Translations under genes and position numbers: made by a program
In this document: piece by piece, positions 55,392 to 64,000 of the stretch
How the letters are laid out: each line of letters begins with the position of its first letter
How positions within the stretch are numbered: position 1 is the stretch's first letter
Assembly (NCBI GenBank): GCA_964016885.1
Contig: OZ024751.1
Location: 25,048,001 to 25,112,000, forward strand
Direction of reading: 5' to 3'
Source of the DNA: Eledone cirrhosa
Lineage: Eukaryota
DNA: 64,000 nt
Notes under the pieces: generated by a model
The model's input: the letters and a program-made list of their open reading frames with translations, nothing else
The model's database searches: none
What the model was told of the DNA's origin: nothing

Positions 55392-56426
55392 TCTACACGC
55401 GAGTGTGTGTAGTTGTGTTTTTAATTGTTTCTATCTAAGTGAATGTCTACGTTTGTGTGTGTGTGTGTGTGAATATGTAGATTTTCACGCCTGCGTATGT
55501 GTGTCTGCGCGTGTGTTGGTGGCTTTAGATAACATAGTCCATGACCCCCACCCGTAATACATGTAGCTGGACTACCCCTTCCCGTCTGTCTCCTAGGTTA
55601 TTTCTGACCTCGGGCTAAATAACAATGCTCACAAAATTATGGGAATATACTCGATAAGAAATACGTCAGGAGTTACTTCCCATGATTTTTTGAGATTTTT
55701 TTGTGATGATACTATTAAGTAAAGAGTAGGGCTTTAAAAGTGTAGACAGAAAGGGTGAGAGTTAGAGCTGGACAGTGTGTGAGGGAGATAGATATATCGA
55801 GAAAGCTGGAAAGATAGTGAGAGAAAGAGAGAGAAAGAGGGGGGGGAGAACAAGAGAGAGAGAGAGAGGGGGGGGGGGAGAACAAGAGAGACTAAAAAAT
55901 CGATTGATCGATATATAATTATATCTTTAGATAGACAGTTTATATATATATATATATATATAAGTTAAAACAATGAAATAAAAAATCAAGTCATTAGAGA
56001 TATACTTATGGATTACATTGAGTTCTTCATACAGAATAGCCCCCACAACTTACAGTGGATACCTCTGTGTATATATTTATATATATATATATTTAAAGGT
56101 TAAACAAGGTTCAATGAATAAATCAAAGAATGAGTTTTACAAGTTTTACAAGTTTTCCCACTAGCTATATTATCTCCTCATCTGTTTCTTCCTCTATACC
56201 TTTCTTTTCTTTCCTCCTTCTTCAGTAATTTAAATTATTTAACAGTTATTTTGCTACCATGTATTTTTAAAACTTTCTCACACGTACCCTCTCTTTTGTA
56301 TGTATTATGTGTTTTTCTCATGTTTTCAATATTGAGGTATATAAATATTGGATTTTGTCATATGTTAATCACTACCATGACGGAATCTTAACCATCTACT
56401 ATGTCAGGGTATGTCATGCATCATCT

Positions 56427-56493
56427 TATTTTATCTGATGAGGACGTACTGTTGAAGTTAACTCAGTACCTCTGAAATATGTATAATAAAATA
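56427..56493 (+). ncRNA. Type I hammerhead motif, family B-related (element ~56096-56537)
   Basis: tattttat-CTGATGA-ggacgtactg..cagtacctct-GAA-ATATGTAT-A-ataaaata. Confidence 0.8.
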
Positions 56494-56533
56494 TACTTGA
56501 TCACAAGAATATCTATTTTGTTAATATTTTGAA

Positions 56534-56610
<77 letters not shown>

Positions 56611-56771
56611 GATATATTAACAAATGGAAACTATATTTATAAAACCATATTTATTTCATTATACATATTTCAAGGACACCACGTTAAATTAAACTATCCG
56701 GGAGCTTCCAACAGTAATGGTTGCATTCTTAAGGGTATGTCAATATTTATTTATAAAACTGGTCTATATTA

Positions 56772-56836
56772 TATTTTATCTGATGAAAGCACACCATAAT
56801 TTAACTTGGTGTCCTTGAAATATGTATAATGAAATA
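56772..56836 (+). ncRNA. Type I hammerhead motif, family B (fold-back 56608-56935)
   Basis: tattttat-CTGATGA-aagcacacca..tggtgtcctt-GAA-ATATGTAT-A-atgaaata. Confidence 0.8.
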
Positions 56837-56944
56837 AATATGGTTTTATAAATATATTTTCCATTTGTTAATATCGTATTTTTACTCCAATAATTTGTTG
56901 AGTGCTTTATATCAGTTATAAAAATATTTGCTTGTATATATATA

Positions 56945-57006
<62 letters not shown>

Positions 57007-57201
57007 CCTGTTAGTTCTTTCGTTACTTTGGTATTGTGTGGTTGGGTTTTGCCTTCCGCAATGTTCAATTTGTCAAGCTATTTAAACGTAATGTTATTAC
57101 TCTAAGGACCTACCCTTATTGAGTACTTTGCTAACTCATTCCTATTGTAGGTCGACTTTGCTTGGCCACAGCCAAAGCTTCGATTTGACTAAGCTTCCAC
57201 T

Positions 57202-57236
<35 letters not shown>

Positions 57237-57239
<3 letters not shown>

Positions 57240-57448
57240 AACGAGTAGGACCCCGACGGCTGAGCTCAAGCCGTTTCGACGGCTAATTCTGGACTAAAAG
57301 AAAAAAAAAATTTTTTTTTTTAAAATCCAGACACGGCTTGAGCTCAGCCGTCGGGGTCCTACTCGTTCCTATTACCCACTCTACTACCCTAAGTATTGAG
57401 TACTTTGGTGCGTTCTGGTCCACCTGGTTCCTTACCACATTTCCTTCG

Positions 57449-57451
<3 letters not shown>
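57237..57451 (+). mobile_element. Family E fold-back element
   Basis: Inverted arms with A-run/T-run centre; E tail. Confidence 0.8.
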
Positions 57452-57508
<57 letters not shown>

Positions 57509-57520
57509 TTAATATAGATG

Positions 57521-57571
57521 AGATTCTACAGGACTAGAACTGTTTCATTCTTTAGAAATCATCAGGAATCT
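57521..57571 (-). ncRNA. Type I hammerhead motif, family A (element 57505-57760)
   Basis: agattc-CTGATGA-tttctaaagaat-GAAA-cagttctagtcctg-TA-gaatct; upstream 57650-57725 matches 4521-4660 inverted. Confidence 0.85.
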
Positions 57572-58462
57572 GGGTATCAAAAAATAAATATGGTATTTAT
57601 AGGTTTCTTCAGGTGGTAGGAGAGGGTAGGGAGTGGGATGGGTGTAGGTCATTGGTTGATAGATAAACAAGTTCAGAATGGGGTGCCACTCCTTATTTTT
57701 AAGTTTCTCTTAAGCTAACAATGCCTAGAATTCAGGTGTCTATAAGATCATTGGGGGTCAGTCATATATATATATAAATGTCATCTCATGATGATATTTG
57801 TTTTTGAAATGCACATAATAAAATAGATGGAACTCTTTTAACCATCTTTTGATTTTATATTATTTATACTCCAGTCCCACAAACTGTAGAGTGCTACTTA
57901 TCCGATATCTGCATTGCTTTATTGTACTACAATAACACTCACCTCCTACATTATATATCTATATATATATTCAATACACAGACTGGGAGATGCTTTGTGT
58001 CCTTAAGGAATACAATTTATTTCATGTTTCTTCAGGCCACACAGCTGTAGAAATGAGAAATGAATTGCGAGATCAATGGTGCCAAGCTGTATCGATTTTT
58101 TATCTTTCCTTTGTATAACATCAATAGCGTGGTATGCATGTTTTCTACAAAAACATCTTGTCCAGTCTTATTCCACAGAGGGAAATTTTCTCGGAGCTAA
58201 ACACATGGGCATTCGTGAACGAAGGGAATCCTTACCCTTTTTTATATGTATGGGTCAATTTTTATATCTATATATATATATATTTGTGTATATGTATTTA
58301 TGTATGCATGTATGAGTGCGTTCATGTATGTATTCATGTATGTATGCATGTATATATATACATATATATATATTGTTATATATATATCTATATATATGTA
58401 TGTAAAAGGTATATATATATATATATATATACCTTTTATATATATATATATACTTTTTACAT

Positions 58463-58607
<145 letters not shown>

Positions 58608-59228
58608 AGTATGTATACGTACATACATATATGTAGGTACGTATACATACTTATATTTAAGTATCAACCGTACTAAGAGTGAGAAATGAAATTTCATTTT
58701 TTCCATTTATCCTTTTCGGTGCGCCCGGCCGACTAACTCACTCGATATGCAAATTAGGCTGCTCAGCCGTTAATATGCATAAGGAAAGTATATACTTTCA
58801 AACGTTCAATCGATTGACAGGAATGTATACTATGACAGCTAAGAAGCTAGATACTAGTTCATCGTTCCTTTGTCAGTGTTGAACAAAAGAGCAACGATGG
58901 TTGCCGAACACTGTACGGCTTAATTCGGGCTGTTTGTTTATATATATATATGTATATATATATGTATAGTGCTGATTTTGGTACCTGCTTGAGTAAACCA
59001 GGAATCCACTGAAGCAAATGTGTGTTAGTAAGTTAAACTTCTATATGCGTAACAGTAATAGACAAATAAGAAAAAGCAAACAACACAAACAACACAAACA
59101 ACATCAAAGATAAGTAGCGACATGTCACAAAGTTGAGATTGATTGATTTTTCTGTTATAAATAAATGTTTGATATCTTTTGTAAATATAGATATTGGCAG
59201 AATAATCGATAGTGTGTGATAACTAAAT

Positions 59229-59288
59229 AAGCCTAGATCTTTTATAACACGTAGACACATTAACTGGCAGATGTTGTCTTCATAACTT
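59229..59288 (-). ncRNA. Decayed hammerhead motif
   Basis: aagtt-ATGAAGA-caaca..tgttat-AAA-AGATCT-A-ggctt; two core substitutions; palindromic stem III retained. Confidence 0.45.
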
Positions 59289-59313
59289 TGTTTCAAGCTT
59301 TTTTGCATTGTAT

Positions 59314-59439
<126 letters not shown>

Positions 59440-60098
59440 TATATATATGTATATATATAAATATATATGTTTCATTTCACTATTTTTCAAACAATGAATA
59501 ATATAAAAATGTTGATTAAAATGTTTATTTGAGTAAGAATTGAAGTAGGGGGTCTCTATAAATAATTTCGGTGGTTAACGCAAAAAGAAAAAATACACAA
59601 CCACCAAAATAAAAACGAAAAAAAAAAAAATTAAAACAAATATAAGAATAACCAATCGTGGAAAAAACAGAAAATAAATAAAAATACTTTTTCTCGCATG
59701 GCGCAGAAAATGTCAGCAGCAAAGAGTAGAGATGTAAGAAGAAATATGCTGAGATCTCTAACTACCATTTTACAATCAATTTCGACATTTCTGAGTGGAA
59801 ACACGCCGAGTTATTTCAACACCCCGTGTATTAAAGTGTTACAATGCAAGTCTTGTAAAATATGTTTTTTGCTGGCGGTACAATTCATTAAGTAGTAAAT
59901 CACATTTAACCTTCACCTTTGGACAAGTTTTTTCACTGAATCTGCATTCGGCAGATCAAACAAAAGAAGTTTTATTACATGAATAAAACTGTAAATCATC
60001 ATTCCTGTTGATGATGGATCTTTCACCAGTGCGACGATGAACATTCAGTGGTTCAATGAATTGAACGCCTGACTCGTTAAATTAGCGTATTCCACGCC

Positions 60099-60246
<148 letters not shown>

Positions 60247-60266
60247 AGGAGGGAACAAGATAATAG

Positions 60267-60310
60267 TACCACTGATGATGTTGCAGATGTGCAACGAAAG
60301 AACTTTGTTA
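60267..60310 (+). ncRNA. Minimal hammerhead motif, family H (element 60243-60500)
   Basis: tacca-CTGATGA-t-gttgca-gatg-tgcaac-GAA-AGAACT-T-tgtta; shares 3' end atgaccctccccaagtataacaat with family G. Confidence 0.65.
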
Positions 60311-60524
60311 GACTATATATATATATATATATTTATATTTGTATTTTTAACCGATGGTCAGTCAATGATAAACATTGATTGCCAAATATATTAACTATGG
60401 AGATATAAAAGATGCGAAAACGAACCAAACAGTGAGTGTGTTCTGTTATTATTTCTGGCAATATTATTACAACACTATGACCCTCCCCAAGTATAACAAT
60501 ATATATATATATATATATGATGTG

Positions 60525-60766
60525 AGGTTTCCTTGAGCAAGACACTTTATTTCACATTGCTCCAGTTTACACAGCTGTAGAAATGAGATGATAGGGACTG
60601 GGGTCCCTATCATTACACTGCAAAATGGTGGTGGAGGTGCCACGGCAAAAAAGCACCCAGCACTCACTGTAAATGAGGTTGGTGTTAGGAAGGGCATCCA
60701 GCTGTAGAAATCAAGCCAGAATCAGTTCCCGTCCCACACTTGCAATCAGGGAAAAGCGGACGTAAA

Positions 60767-60803
<37 letters not shown>
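60525..60803 (+). mobile_element. SINE composite ending in (GAT)n
   Basis: ccttgagcaagacactttattt core; gttggtgttaggaagggcatccagc; cggacgtaaaa(tga)n tail, similar end at 32390-32440. Confidence 0.65.
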
Positions 60804-60804
<1 letters not shown>

Positions 60805-61199
60805 ATATGATTCCAAATCTTCGGAGGAATAACAACACACCCAGGAGCTGGACATATCGATGTATTGACGGAGTGAAACCCACCTCAACAACATGTGTAC
60901 CTGACTTTTCCACACCAGTTTGGACTGCCTGAAGAGATCACAGCCAATGATGGCTGTCACCGAAATATATATAGCAGTACATTTATAATTTCTAATAGAC
61001 GAAGCCAAATTTTACATATTTGATTTACTTATTATATATATATATATACATACATATATATATATATATATATAACGAAGGAAATGTGGTAAGGAACCAG
61101 GTGGACCATAACGCACCAAAGTACTCAATACTTGAGGTAGTAGAGTGGGTAATAGGAACCAGTAAGACCCCGACAGCTGAGCTCAAGCCGTTTCGACGG

Positions 61200-61255
<56 letters not shown>

Positions 61256-61501
61256 GTATATATATATATATATGTATGTATGTATATATATACATATATT
61301 ATGCGATGTTGAAACCGGGGAGACCACAAACCGGGATAGTACTCTTTGCATGGGAAGAAGCAGAGAAGGTATATAGGTATAAAACCGATGCCTTGCGGAT
61401 TCAGTTTATATACGTACAGACAAATACGTGAGTGCACACATATACATATATACACACACACATAAGCATATATTTATCTAAAGTCTAAATGTCTGACTCA
61501 A

Positions 61502-61574
<73 letters not shown>

Positions 61575-62594
61575 CATATAGATATACACATATGCATCTA
61601 TATACATCCATTCAAACATACATACATACATGATGATGGCTGCCCCCCTCGTTACCGAGTATGGCCATTGCACGATATACCATTATTAATAATATTTAAT
61701 TAATTCTATCGTGCAATGCCTGTGCGTGAAGATATTTTTTATAATGAGGAAAGACTGTGCACTGAGCCAATCCCACTCTCTGAGCGACAGTAGCTATAAC
61801 TCGAAAAGAAGAAAAGATCAACATCATCGGTAACTACTGAGCCGCAGGTTTGATGTAGGAGTTATCCCAGTTTCCTGAGTTACCTTCTCCTAGAAGAATG
61901 CCCTGACAAAGGCTAGGGTTTCTTCACACCCACTGGTTTAACCGCGCTATCGAGTGTCCAGCCCGACTATTTCTATGTCCCCGCGCATATACATACTCAT
62001 GCACCCATGTATATACACATATACATATACATACATATGTACATGTGTATATACATATTTACACACTTTTGGCTGGCCGTTGACTCTTATGAGTTCTTCC
62101 GCCCTTTATCAGGTTTTGTTTTTTGTCCTGCAGGGTGTCCAAAATCACCCTCCTCACCAAGTAAACTTGGTGGGGTTGCCGGTTTAGTCGCCGACGACCA
62201 TGCGACAGGTTGTACCGGGTTACATGTTATCAGTAGCACTCAAGAGTGACCCGACCACATACATACATACATACATATATAGTCATTGCTATAATATATT
62301 CAGATGAAAGCGATAGAGACGAATGGACACAGCCCAAAGTAAAATCTATAGACCAGCGTCTGTGGAGCACTCTATTGTATTGAATCTCGTATAAGAAGCT
62401 GTAATAGGAAAGATTGATGTATTCTCAGCATGAAAGAAACGTTTAAATAATCATTTTCCGTGTCATTCTAACAATAATTGCTTCCTAGATTCAACACATT
62501 GGAGATATATCACACTGGAGGAATCAATACTTTTCTACTACTACTACTACCACCAACACCAATACTAGTACCACCACCAACATCCTGCCCCCCC

Positions 62595-62648
<54 letters not shown>

Positions 62649-62649
62649 T

Positions 62650-62906
62650 ATAAAATTATAAGTTTGAAGAACAGTCAGACAAAATATATCCAATTTTTCT
62701 TCTTAGTCCGTAGAAGTTACATTTTAAACTTAGCTCAGTTTAAATTATTATTTATTTAGTTAATTTCTACGGACTAAGGAGAAGAAAAATTGGATATATT
62801 TTGTCTGACTGTTCTTCAAACTTATAATTTTAAATAGCTCTGATTAATAATTATTTGCTTAATTAATTTTTCTATTGAGCCACACCGTGGAAGGTAGCCA
62901 CACTCA
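62650..62906 (+). mobile_element. Family K fold-back element, no clear hammerhead core
   Basis: ~68 bp arms 62650-62719 / 62761-62832; tail gctc...gagc. Confidence 0.65.
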
Positions 62907-63177
62907 TATATGTATCTGTGACTATGTCTAAATATATACATATATATCCTTATGAATTTATTCTATACTCCCTTTCGGTTGAGTAAACCTTAGGCGATAA
63001 CTACCTGCTCTTTCTAGCAGCAAACCTACCTGCCATCCGGCCTACCCTTCACACCCTTCTAATTTGACCGTTGGCCACATGATCCTTCTCACCCAATTTG
63101 AATTAATTCTGGAGTGATCACTGTAGAAATTTTAGTTCTACTGAGAGGTCTCTTGAAAAGCTCGAAAACTCATGGAT

Positions 63178-63345
63178 AATTGTTTCAACTTTAGGCACAA
63201 GGCCAGCAAATACCCAGTGCATTACTGGTACTTTATTTTATCGACCCCGTAAGGATGAAAGGCAAAGTCAACCTCGGCAGGATTTGAACTCAGATCGTAA
63301 AGGGATGTAACTATGCTGGAAAGCATGGTGGCTGACCCTCTACCT
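63178..63345 (-). mobile_element. SINE
   Basis: Family match. Confidence 0.85.
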
Positions 63346-63601
63346 CCACAGTAATAATAATATATATCCACTTTAGCCAGTCGCCCTCAATAATCATAGT
63401 ATAATAAACCTTTCAAGGATTTACACAAGTCCAGCCTCCTGTTATTTTATTATTATATTTAACTCCGTACTCGCACCACCAACTGCACAAACAAAGACGG
63501 TTCAGGTGCTTTACGTTGAGTACTCTCCATATTATTACATCAAGATTGACCACACGGAATTGACCAGCTCTATCCAGTGGTGAACCCTCAAACCTAAATA
63601 A

Positions 63602-63635
<34 letters not shown>

Positions 63636-63640
<5 letters not shown>

Positions 63641-63906
63641 TGTATATATAGTGTATTTTGCAATACACTGTATGCTTAATTAAAAGCATTTCGAAGACCT
63701 TACGCTTTTGATAAGCACCAAAAAGTGCGAAACAGCTCTGTCAGCTTTATCTCCCCTGTTTGCTGAAAATTAAAGTAAGTGAGACTGTCACTACTCTAAA
63801 ACAATAGCGTAAGTTCTTCGAAATGGTTTTAATTAAGCATACAGTGTATTGCAAAATACATTATATATACATTCATATATATATCGCTATTTCAGAGCAC
63901 CAATTC

Positions 63907-63910
<4 letters not shown>
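63636..63910 (+). mobile_element. Family L fold-back element with variant hammerhead at 63704-63745 in the spacer
   Basis: ~70 bp arms; gct-t-TTGATAA-gcac-caaaaa-gtgc-GAAA-cagctctg-TC-agc. Confidence 0.65.
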
Positions 63911-63937
<27 letters not shown>

Positions 63938-63944
63938 AATATAT

Positions 63945-64000
<56 letters not shown>

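Overview
AT-rich, repeat-saturated eukaryotic DNA in which I recognise no host gene; nearly all listed ORFs are microsatellite read-through. The SINE families and microsatellite load resemble an octopus (coleoid cephalopod) genome, which is an inference. Ordinary content: many tRNA-derived SINEs; two R4/Dong-clade RLE retrotransposons (one with an uninterrupted 597-codon ORF inside (CATA)n, one decayed next to (TAA)n); RTE and Tx1-like LINE relics; a hAT relic, a mariner relic, small MITEs, Helitron-like ends and minisatellites. The main signal is that the (TA)n tracts are not empty. They hold about a dozen families (labelled A-O here) of 100-500 bp non-coding elements, often as fold-back palindromes. 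Most families carry a type I hammerhead ribozyme fold: about 30 motifs by manual count, 19 with an intact CUGANGA/GAAA/UH core, with helix covariation between copies. Several cores are variants (CAGAAGA; UUGAUAA; U10.1-U11.1; an extra base after A9; an ~80 nt stem II domain), and many families share a 3' tail stem-loop. Two Penelope-like RT fragments lie nearby, so these are best read as (TA)n-targeted Penelope pseudo-LTR derivatives (retrozyme-like). All pairings and coordinates were read by eye; no folding or database searches were run.
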